A program made the position numbers and the translations under genes. Below, in pieces: positions 16,500 to 24,392 of a DNA stretch of 41,937 bases. Location: the sequence record SRR31156797_7473. One strand, given 5' to 3'. The stretch's first letter is position 1. Every line of letters begins with the position of its first letter. The notes beneath the pieces were generated by a model. It saw only the letters and a program-made list of their open reading frames with translations, had not been told where the DNA came from and searched no databases.

Positions 16500-17559
16500 G
16501 GTGTGTAAATCCGCCTATCAAGTCACGTGGGTGACTGATCAACTTGGTGTAGGGCATGCACCTATGAGTCATCCGCAACTTGACGCTATCCATGCGCAAG
16601 GAGTTGATGCCATTCTCAATCTTTGTGGTGAATTTTGTGATTTGCATGACATTGAGAAAGATGCCGGATTTGAAGTCCATTATTTGCCGTTGGATGACGA
16701 GGAAGCTCCGAGTCTCATAGAGTTGGAAAAAACTTTGGAATGGCTGGATGAAGCCATTTATATTGGCAAGAAGGTTCTTATTCATTGTCGTCATGGGATT
16801 GGACGTACCGGGACTGTCCTCAATGCTTATTTATTGAGGCGCGGACTCGGTCACAAACTGGCCGGGAAGGCCCTCAAACGGCTCAAGAGTAAGCCTGCCA
16901 ACTTTGTTCAATGGCGTACCGTTCGCAAGTATGGCAAACAGTCTGGGCAACTGAATGTTCGTGAACCGTCTCTCGGGTTCAAACGGTTGGTGGATTTGTC
17001 TCCTTTTTTTAATGACTACGAAGAACTGGTTCAGCGTTTGGAAGAGAGTGGTAAGGCGACGAAAGGATTGGCTTGCGGGTTGGATCACGATCAATGTTGT
17101 ACGACGCCAGTCAGTTTGACGCTTGCAGAAGCGGTGCACATCAGCCATCGGATTAATTTGGAGTTGACGGGCGAAGAGCGTCTTGCCGTGATCGAGCGGG
17201 CTGTGAAAACGGCGCAGGCCGAACGGAGTGCGGCGCAGGATCTGGATGATGACGAGGGCGGGGATTACTGCCTGTCAGAAGTTGGTGCAGTCTGTCCGTT
17301 GCTTGAAGACGGAAAGTGTATGCTTTTTGAACATCGTCCGTTGCAGTGCCGTGCATTCGGTCTGGACCAGAGTGAACATGGGGAATTGTGGGCGAATTTG
17401 CTTACACCGGCACTCGACAAGATATCCTCCGAAATTTGGTTCGCGTATACCAGTTCCATGGTTCATAAGGAAATGCCGCATTTTGCTTTGCCGGATGTAG
17501 TGTCGGGTAAGTTTGTGGAAACTGTTTTTAAGTATATGATGGAGCAGGGGTTGGAATAG
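16492..17559 (+). CDS. CX5R (PTP/dual-specificity) phosphatase fused to YkgJ-type cysteine-cluster domain
   Basis: IHCRHGIGRTG active site. The C-terminus has CGLDHDQCC and CPLLEDGKCMLFEHRPLQCR. ATG 16492 follows GGAGAG and overlaps the upstream stop. Confidence 0.87.
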   Translation: MAKVCKSAYQVTWVTDQLGVGHAPMSHPQLDAIHAQGVDAILNLCGEFCDLHDIEKDAGFEVHYLPLDDEEAPSLIELEKTLEWLDEAIYIGKKVLIHCRHGIGRTGTVLNAYLLRRGLGHKLAGKALKRLKSKPANFVQWRTVRKYGKQSGQLNVREPSLGFKRLVDLSPFFNDYEELVQRLEESGKATKGLACGLDHDQCCTTPVSLTLAEAVHISHRINLELTGEERLAVIERAVKTAQAERSAAQDLDDDEGGDYCLSEVGAVCPLLEDGKCMLFEHRPLQCRAFGLDQSEHGELWANLLTPALDKISSEIWFAYTSSMVHKEMPHFALPDVVSGKFVETVFKYMMEQGLE

Positions 17560-17583
17560 CCTTTTAATTTTGAATGTAAAATG

Positions 17584-17618
17584 AAGGCCCTGCCGGAATA
17601 TCCGGCAGGGCCTTTTTT
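17584..17618 (+). terminator. intrinsic terminator
   Basis: AAGGCCCTGCCGGA-ATA-TCCGGCAGGGCCTT-TTTT. Confidence 0.88.
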
Positions 17619-17644
17619 GTTTGGTGCAATGTAAAAACAGAAGG

Positions 17645-19480
17645 TTACTTACGTTTTTTCGGCGTATTTCGTTGTCTTTTGGAAAAGGAATCGCTGTTGT
17701 TTCGGTGCTGTTTGCCATGATGCTTTTTGCCCTTGGGGGGCCTGCCCGTGTTGGGCATGAGGATGGCATGCTGGCGTAACCGTTCAGCATCGGTTTTGGC
17801 GACATGGATTGGGTTACCCTTCATGTCGGTTTCAGCATGGAACATGGCGGCCGCAGCCGTACCGGGCAGTGGAATAAAGCACTGCACCTGTTCAGGCTTC
17901 CAGCCTTGTGATTTGAGCCAATCGCCCAAAGCACGCATGTCATCCTCGGTGCAACCGGGAAAAGCGGACATGAGGTAGGGAATGACATATTGCTGTTTTC
18001 CTGCCTTGCGGGATTCGCGCCAGAAAAGATCCAGGAATTTTTCAAATTTATCAAAGCCGGGCTTACGCATGAGCTTGAGGACGTGGTCCACCTGATGCTC
18101 CGGCGCGACCTTGGCCTGCCCACCCACAAATTCACGAATCATGGTCGCCAGTGCGGGCATGTCGGTCAGGGCGAGGTCTATGCGCCAGCCCGAGGCTACT
18201 CGGACGTGTTTGACCGATTCGACATCATTCACAGACCTGAGCAGGTTAACGAAATCTTTTTGTGTTATTCGATAATGTTTGCATACATTCGGTGTCATGC
18301 AACTGGGACGTTTGCATTTGGATTGATCCGAGGCGCAATGCGCTCCCCACATGTTGGCGCTGGGGCCACCAACGTCGGAAATGGACCCGTTCCAACCCTT
18401 CACTTCGGTGATGGCTTTGACCTCGTTGATGATGGACTTTTTGCTCCGTGAACGGATGGTCCTGCCTTGATGCAGGGCCAAGGTACAGAATGAACAGCCG
18501 CCGGAGCAGCCTCGATGCGTGGTGACACTCGTCTGAATCATGTCCGCGGCAGGAATTCGTTGCGTGTACGAAGGGTGCGGCAGACGGGAAAAAGCAAGGC
18601 CTGCCAGTTCGTCCAGTCCGGCGGTGTCGAGCAGGGGACCGGGCGGCGTGAGCATCACTATCCGTCCTGTGGTTTCCTGTACGACCATGGCTTTGTTCTG
18701 ATGAACTTGTTGCTCCAAAAGTTCTGTAGCCTTGATGAGTTGCTGCGGGTCGGCCAGAATTGCCTCATGAGACGGCAGGGTGATGATGGGAATATTATCC
18801 GGTATATCCTTGGCGGAACCGGCCACAGCCAGTCCGGGGATACCTATCAGTTGCGGCCGAAGTGCTTTGATATTCACTTCACCGGATTCCTTAACAATAG
18901 TCTCAATGGTCTCGGCGAGAGTGACAATGGAATTTTCAGCCATGCCGTATGTGATAGCTGTGGCTTTGGAGTCCAACAGGATAGATTTGCGGACGGAATC
19001 AGACCAGAAATCATAGTGCGAAACTCGGCGCAGTGATGGTTCGATGCCACCAAGGATGACGGGCAGGCCGGGAAAGGCGCGCTGGACCACGTTCGTATAG
19101 ATCATGGAGGCTCTGTTGGGTCGCGCTCCGGCTTTGCCGCCGGGAGTATATGCGTCATCGGACCGCTTTTTGCGAAAGGCGGTGTAGTGGGCGAGCATGG
19201 AATCCAGTGAGCCGGAGGTGACCCCCGCGAAAAGCCGAGGGCGTCCCATACACATGATGTCGTCAGGTTTGTCCCATGCGGGTTGGGCAACGATTCCTGT
19301 ACGGAATCCATGATGCACCAGCCATCGGCCAAGAAGAGCCGCGCCAAAGGAAGGATGGTCTACATAGCCGTCGCCGGTAACCAGAAGTATATCCAGTTCA
19401 CGCCAGCCCAATGTCTCCATTTCCTTGCGGGTCATGGGGAGTACAGGGGGTTGGTCAAGGTGTTTTTTTTGTTCAAGCAT
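17645..19480 (-). CDS. ygiQ: YgiQ (UPF0313) family radical SAM protein
   Basis: VTGDGYVDHPSFG, HRGCSGGCSFC, SDVGGPSANM, KVAPEH and EQVQCFIP. The start is probably 19480 (ORF track 19501). Confidence 0.92.
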   Translation of the reverse strand: MLEQKKHLDQPPVLPMTRKEMETLGWRELDILLVTGDGYVDHPSFGAALLGRWLVHHGFRTGIVAQPAWDKPDDIMCMGRPRLFAGVTSGSLDSMLAHYTAFRKKRSDDAYTPGGKAGARPNRASMIYTNVVQRAFPGLPVILGGIEPSLRRVSHYDFWSDSVRKSILLDSKATAITYGMAENSIVTLAETIETIVKESGEVNIKALRPQLIGIPGLAVAGSAKDIPDNIPIITLPSHEAILADPQQLIKATELLEQQVHQNKAMVVQETTGRIVMLTPPGPLLDTAGLDELAGLAFSRLPHPSYTQRIPAADMIQTSVTTHRGCSGGCSFCTLALHQGRTIRSRSKKSIINEVKAITEVKGWNGSISDVGGPSANMWGAHCASDQSKCKRPSCMTPNVCKHYRITQKDFVNLLRSVNDVESVKHVRVASGWRIDLALTDMPALATMIREFVGGQAKVAPEHQVDHVLKLMRKPGFDKFEKFLDLFWRESRKAGKQQYVIPYLMSAFPGCTEDDMRALGDWLKSQGWKPEQVQCFIPLPGTAAAAMFHAETDMKGNPIHVAKTDAERLRQHAILMPNTGRPPKGKKHHGKQHRNNSDSFSKRQRNTPKKRK

Positions 19481-19631
19481 TATCCCCGCATGATGACCCA
19501 CACACCTTGTTAGGTCTACATCTTTTCATCTCCTTTCGTGCTTCTTGTGTGGAGTGAGGGTTTTCTTTCGTGAAAAAGTCGGGAGAAAACCCCAAACATA
19601 TCGGGATAGCTCGTATAATCTTAATTGCTCC

Positions 19632-19660
19632 TTGACAAAAATCCTCACAAAGGAAAGATT
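19632..19660 (+). promoter_or_regulatory. putative sigma70 promoter of the T1SS operon
   Basis: TTGACA-N17-AAGATT. Confidence 0.4.
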
Positions 19661-19742
19661 ATAAACCTATACTGTAAGAAATGTACGGCCCTGCCAGAGA
19701 CAGGGGCGATCTCTTTTTTTCACTTTATTCCAAGCGAAACTT

Positions 19743-22295
19743 ATGTCTGTTGATAAAAAATCAGCGTTAAAGAATGATTCCAAGCCTACCCGGACAGATA
19801 GGGAGGCATCGCCAAAGGCGCCGGAGGAAGGTATGTCTGCGACTTCCTCCAAGTCGGGAGTGTCTCCTTCTGCAGGGAAGCCCAAAGGCAAAACGACGAC
19901 AAAACCTTCCAAACTGGACACTAAGCCTGTAGGGGCAGCTTCTAAAAACGGGAAGAAGACCGTTGGGGCTAAAGGAGGCGCAGGTGCTCAGGCAGCTGGA
20001 GGACAACCACAGCAACCGCAGCAACCAAGCCAACCTGGGGCCGGTCAGCCCATGCCCGGTCAACCAGGACAACCCATGCCCGGTCAACCCGGTCAGCCTA
20101 TGCCCGGTGGCATGCCCATGCCCGGTCAACCTGCGCCGATTAAAGTTGAGACTGACGAGAGGTTATCGCCCAAGGACATCGACTTTCAGCCGCCACTTGT
20201 CATTTGTCTTTCCATTATAAGTAGACTGCTCGGCAAGCCTGTTTCCTCGGCCACTCTCAAAGCCGGTATTCCGCAACAGGAAGGTGTCATTACCGCCGCC
20301 TCCATTGTTCGTTCCGCAGATCGTATAGGTATCCGGGCCAAAACTGTGTACCGTGAGAAATTACGCAGTATTACTCGACTGATTCTCCCGTGTATCCTGT
20401 TGCTTCGGGGTGGCAACGCCTGTGTGCTCGTGGAAACGACTGATAAGGTTGCTCGAGTTGTGATTCCCGGTCACGGCATGGCTGAAACCGAAATGCCGCT
20501 TGAAAAGTTGGAAGAGGAATACACCGGTTACGCCATATTCTGTCACCGTAATTCCAAATTGGATAAGCGAGTATCAGGGTTGAAGCTTCTCAAAACCAAA
20601 CGATGGTTTTGGGGCGTTATTGGACGGTTTTGGCCAATATATAAGCATGTTGTCGGCGCGTCCATCATGACGAACATTATTATCGTGGCCTCGCCGCTTT
20701 TTGTGATGAATGTGTATGACCGTGTTATTCCGAACAATGCCATGGAAACGTTGTGGGCCTTGGCTATCGGTATTGCTATTGCGTATATATTTGATTTTCT
20801 ACTGAAAAACCTGCGCAGTTATTTTGTCGATGTAGCTGGACGTAATGCGGATGTTATTATCGGTAGTCGGATTATGAATCATCTCATGTCCGCCCGCCTT
20901 GATCATATGCCGGAATCCGCAGGAGCCGTAGCCAACAATATTCGTGAGTTTGAGTCTTTGCGCGAATTTTTCGGATCGTCATCGCTGGTTGCACTTATTG
21001 ACCTGCCATTCTTGTTTCTGTTTATTTTTGTTATTCATTTTATTGGTGGTCCTATCGCGTATCCCATCTTCATAGCGGTGCCGATAGTTATTTTGGTTGG
21101 ACTATTTCTTCAGATTCCTTTCCAGCGTATTATCGAGAGTCATTATAAGGAATCAACTCAGAAACACGCGCTTTTGTTTGAGATTGTGCAGGGGCTTGAA
21201 ACCATCAAGACAAGCATGGCTGAAGGCCGTATGCAGGCTCGATGGGAGAGCGTGGTGGGTATGTCCGCCATGTCCAACAGTCGTGCCAAGATCATGGCTA
21301 ATATCTCCATTTCTTTCTCGGTTTTTATAACCCAGATGGTTTCGGTGGCCGTCGTCATTATCGGTGTGTTCCTGATTTCGAAAGGGGAATTGACTGTGGG
21401 TGGATTGATCGCCTGCAATATCCTTTCTGGTCGGGCCATGGCACCGTTGAGCGCTGTTGCAGGTCTCCTGTCCCGTTTTCAGCAATCCAGAATGGCGTTG
21501 AACGCTTTGGACATGCTTATGGAAATGCCCAGTGAACGTCCTGATGAAAAGGAAACATTTCATTATGGATCCGTTGAGCCGTCCATAACCATGACCGGCG
21601 TTTCATTCAGTTATCCGGGGACGGACAAGGCTGTTTTGCATGAGGTAAATCTCAAGCTCTCTCCGGGCGAAAAGGTCGGTATTGTCGGTCGAACAGGAGC
21701 CGGAAAAACTACTCTCGGTAAATTGTGTGTAGGTTTGTATCAACCTGTTGAAGGATCGGTACAGGTTGGTGATATTGATCTGCGTCAGATGGACGTAGCC
21801 GACCTTCGCAGGAAGGTTGGGTATATCTCTCAGGATAGTCTGCTTTTCTATGGAACTTTGAAAGATAATATTGCCTTTGGTTTGCCTGAGGCTGATGATC
21901 AATCCATTAATTATGCGGCGGATGTTTCCGGCGTGAATGATTTCGTTCGAGATCATCCTGCGGGGTTTGGTATGATGGTTGGCGAGCGGGGAACATCCCT
22001 GTCCGGCGGTCAACGACAGGCCGTAACCATCGCCCGTGCTATTTTGCCTGACCCGGAAATTCTGATTATGGATGAACCGTCGAGTAATATGGATAATCAA
22101 TCGGAGTTTAGGCTCAAGGAACGACTTAGGTCGTTTGTCGAAGACAAGACGCTTATAGTTATCACCCATCGTCACTCCATGCTCGATCTCGTTGATCGGT
22201 TGGTTATTATGGACCGGGGAAAAATCGTTGTGGACGGGCCGAAACAGGCCGTATTAGATGGACTGAAGTCCGGCAAAATCAAGGTTTCCCTCTGA
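19743..22295 (+). CDS. type I secretion permease/ATPase (LapB/LssB-like) with long low-complexity N-terminal extension
   Basis: C39-like domain (LPCILL), MNVYDRV, Walker A GRTGAGKT, LSGGQ and LIMDEP. An alternative start is ATG 19833 after GGAGG. Confidence 0.93.
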   Translation: MSVDKKSALKNDSKPTRTDREASPKAPEEGMSATSSKSGVSPSAGKPKGKTTTKPSKLDTKPVGAASKNGKKTVGAKGGAGAQAAGGQPQQPQQPSQPGAGQPMPGQPGQPMPGQPGQPMPGGMPMPGQPAPIKVETDERLSPKDIDFQPPLVICLSIISRLLGKPVSSATLKAGIPQQEGVITAASIVRSADRIGIRAKTVYREKLRSITRLILPCILLLRGGNACVLVETTDKVARVVIPGHGMAETEMPLEKLEEEYTGYAIFCHRNSKLDKRVSGLKLLKTKRWFWGVIGRFWPIYKHVVGASIMTNIIIVASPLFVMNVYDRVIPNNAMETLWALAIGIAIAYIFDFLLKNLRSYFVDVAGRNADVIIGSRIMNHLMSARLDHMPESAGAVANNIREFESLREFFGSSSLVALIDLPFLFLFIFVIHFIGGPIAYPIFIAVPIVILVGLFLQIPFQRIIESHYKESTQKHALLFEIVQGLETIKTSMAEGRMQARWESVVGMSAMSNSRAKIMANISISFSVFITQMVSVAVVIIGVFLISKGELTVGGLIACNILSGRAMAPLSAVAGLLSRFQQSRMALNALDMLMEMPSERPDEKETFHYGSVEPSITMTGVSFSYPGTDKAVLHEVNLKLSPGEKVGIVGRTGAGKTTLGKLCVGLYQPVEGSVQVGDIDLRQMDVADLRRKVGYISQDSLLFYGTLKDNIAFGLPEADDQSINYAADVSGVNDFVRDHPAGFGMMVGERGTSLSGGQRQAVTIARAILPDPEILIMDEPSSNMDNQSEFRLKERLRSFVEDKTLIVITHRHSMLDLVDRLVIMDRGKIVVDGPKQAVLDGLKSGKIKVSL
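20043..20132 (+). repeat. in-frame 24-bp tandem repeat encoding (GQPMPGQP)n
   Basis: GGTCAGCCCATGCCCGGTCAACCA / GGACAACCCATGCCCGGTCAACCC / GGTCAGCCTATGCCCGGTGGCATG / CCCATGCCCGGTCAACCT. Confidence 0.85.
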
Positions 22296-22302
22296 GGTCG
22301 TC

Positions 22303-23631
22303 ATGAGCAAGCATAAAGATGAAAGAGAAGTACTCCTGTTCATGAGCGAAGTGGACCAGGCTATGTATGGTAAAGGACGTCGGTTCGCCTACATCATGTC
22401 TACGTCCATATTGTTATTGATCATTATATTTGTCGTCTGGGCAAAACTGGCCGTTCTCGATGAGGTCACTCGTGGTTTTGGTCGGGTTATTCCTTCTCAG
22501 CGCATTCAGGAAATTCAGAATCTGGAAGGTGGTATTCTGAGTGAGCTGTATGTGCATGAAGGACAGACCGTCGACAAGGGGGACATACTTTGTCGCCTGC
22601 ATAATGAGCAGGCCGCCAGCTATTATCGCGATGCATTTGGCAAGGCACTTGAGCATCGGGCAGCTATCGCCCGACTGGTTGCCGAGGTCGAAGACAGGGA
22701 CCCTGTTTTTGATGATGAACTGAAGAAAGAAGCTCCGCAGTTGGTGAATGATCAACTCAGAATTTCCAGGGCACAGCAGCAGCAGTTGAAGATTGAATTG
22801 AGCCTCCTGCAAGATCAATATGAACAGAAACAGCAGGAAGTGAATGAGATGGCCGGCCGCAAACGTCAACTTCAGCGTAGTTTGGATGTGGCGCTTAAAC
22901 AGCGTAATATTGCCAAGCCTCTTGTTGAAAAGCAGATTCATTCCGAGTTGGACTATCTGGCGTTGGAACAGCGGGTTGTCGAACTTCGGGGTGATGTTGA
23001 GGCATTGGCCTTGGGTATTCCCCGCGTTAAGCGTGCTGCCAAGGAAGCACTTGGCAGGATCGAGCAACGTAAGGCGGAATTTCGGAGTCAGGCATTGGAA
23101 GAAATCAATGAACGTCGGCTTGAATTGAATTCTATTACAGAGAATCTGAGTTCCGGTGGTGACCGTGTCACACGGACGGATGTTCGTTCTCCAGTCAAAG
23201 GTATTGTCAAACATATTATGTCCAATACGCTTGGTGGCGTTATCCGTCCGGGTGAATCCATCATGGAAGTTGTGCCGTTGGACGATACCTTGCTTGTTGA
23301 GGCCGAAATCAAGCCTTCGGATATCGCTTTTTTGCATCCAGGGCAGAAGGCACAGGTCAAGATTACCGCCTATGATTTCTCGATTTATGGAGGACTCGAA
23401 GGAACTGTCGAGAATATCAGTGCGGATACCATTGAAGATGAGAAAGGTGAAAATCATTATCTTGTCAAAGTGCGTACCAAGCAGAACGCCATTGTGTATC
23501 GGGGGCAACGATTGCCTATTATCCCGGGCATGACCGCTGGAGTGGATGTCCTGACCGGTAAAAAATCGGTGTTGGATTACCTTTTGAAACCGATTCTCAA
23601 AGCAAAGCAGAACGCACTTAGGGAGCGTTGA
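22303..23631 (+). CDS. HlyD-family T1SS periplasmic adaptor (LapC-like)
   Basis: IQNLEGGIL, VRSPVKGIV, KITAYDFSIYG, IIPGM and VLDYLLKP. Confidence 0.95.
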   Translation: MSKHKDEREVLLFMSEVDQAMYGKGRRFAYIMSTSILLLIIIFVVWAKLAVLDEVTRGFGRVIPSQRIQEIQNLEGGILSELYVHEGQTVDKGDILCRLHNEQAASYYRDAFGKALEHRAAIARLVAEVEDRDPVFDDELKKEAPQLVNDQLRISRAQQQQLKIELSLLQDQYEQKQQEVNEMAGRKRQLQRSLDVALKQRNIAKPLVEKQIHSELDYLALEQRVVELRGDVEALALGIPRVKRAAKEALGRIEQRKAEFRSQALEEINERRLELNSITENLSSGGDRVTRTDVRSPVKGIVKHIMSNTLGGVIRPGESIMEVVPLDDTLLVEAEIKPSDIAFLHPGQKAQVKITAYDFSIYGGLEGTVENISADTIEDEKGENHYLVKVRTKQNAIVYRGQRLPIIPGMTAGVDVLTGKKSVLDYLLKPILKAKQNALRER

Positions 23632-23662
23632 TTACCCCATGCGAGTTATTTTGGGGAGACAT

Positions 23663-24340
23663 ATGATGATAATGACCGCACTGTGTGCGGTCTTCATCGT
23701 TGTGGTCCTCGGAATGGGTTCCATGGCTTCGGCTGCGACACCTAAACCCAAGAAGCCTAAATTGCTGGGGACGATGGAATTCAAGGGTAAAATTCAAAAA
23801 TTGCCCAAGTGGTCTCGTGTGGTCACTAAAATGCAGGCTTGGAAAGGGTACTTTCAAGATTCAAAGACCGCCAACCATCCGTCAAAGTCAGGATGGTACG
23901 CACTTAAGTCTCAGATTAAGGGCAAACCCAACAAGGAAAAGCTTAAGGCTGTGACCAAGTTTTTTAATAAATGGCCGTATCGTTTGGACAAGGCCAACTG
24001 GGGCGTCAGCGAATACTGGGCAACTCCGTGGGAATTTTTAAGAAAATCAGGTGATTGTGAAGACTATTCGATTGCCAAATTTTATGCCCTTCAAGAAGTC
24101 GGATTTTCGCAGGATCAAATGCGCATCGTGGCGGTTAAGGATGCGATTCGTGGTATAGGGCATGCGGTCTTGGCGGTATACACCGATAACGATATTTTTA
24201 TTCTCGACAATCAGACCGTTATGGTTTTGTCGCATACGAAATATAAGCATTATATTCCGCAATACTCCGTGAACGAGAAGTTCAGGTGGATGCACGTGGC
24301 TCCCAAGAAGAAGTCCACGTATACGAAGACGAAAAAGTAA
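23663..24340 (+). CDS. lapG: LapG-like periplasmic transglutaminase-like cysteine protease (BTLCP)
   Basis: Signal peptide, WGVSEYWATP, GDCEDYSIAK, GHAVL and ILDN (Cys-His-Asp triad). The start is placed after GGGGAG (ORF track 23639). Confidence 0.9.
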   Translation: MMIMTALCAVFIVVVLGMGSMASAATPKPKKPKLLGTMEFKGKIQKLPKWSRVVTKMQAWKGYFQDSKTANHPSKSGWYALKSQIKGKPNKEKLKAVTKFFNKWPYRLDKANWGVSEYWATPWEFLRKSGDCEDYSIAKFYALQEVGFSQDQMRIVAVKDAIRGIGHAVLAVYTDNDIFILDNQTVMVLSHTKYKHYIPQYSVNEKFRWMHVAPKKKSTYTKTKK

Positions 24341-24344
24341 GGCA

Positions 24345-24364
24345 CGCCTTCCCGTAGGAAGGCG
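24345..24364 (+). other. intergenic hairpin without U-tract
   Basis: CGCCTTCC-CGTA-GGAAGGCG between lapG and the HD-GYP gene. Confidence 0.5.
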
Positions 24365-24392
24365 ACACCATAAACCAGATGGAGAATTGACT

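Noticed and set aside
20043-20132. Short repeats as a CRISPR array
   Set aside because: They are in-frame coding tandem repeats with no spacers and no cas genes.
22414-23508. 364-aa minus ORF
   Set aside because: It is antisense to the HlyD gene.
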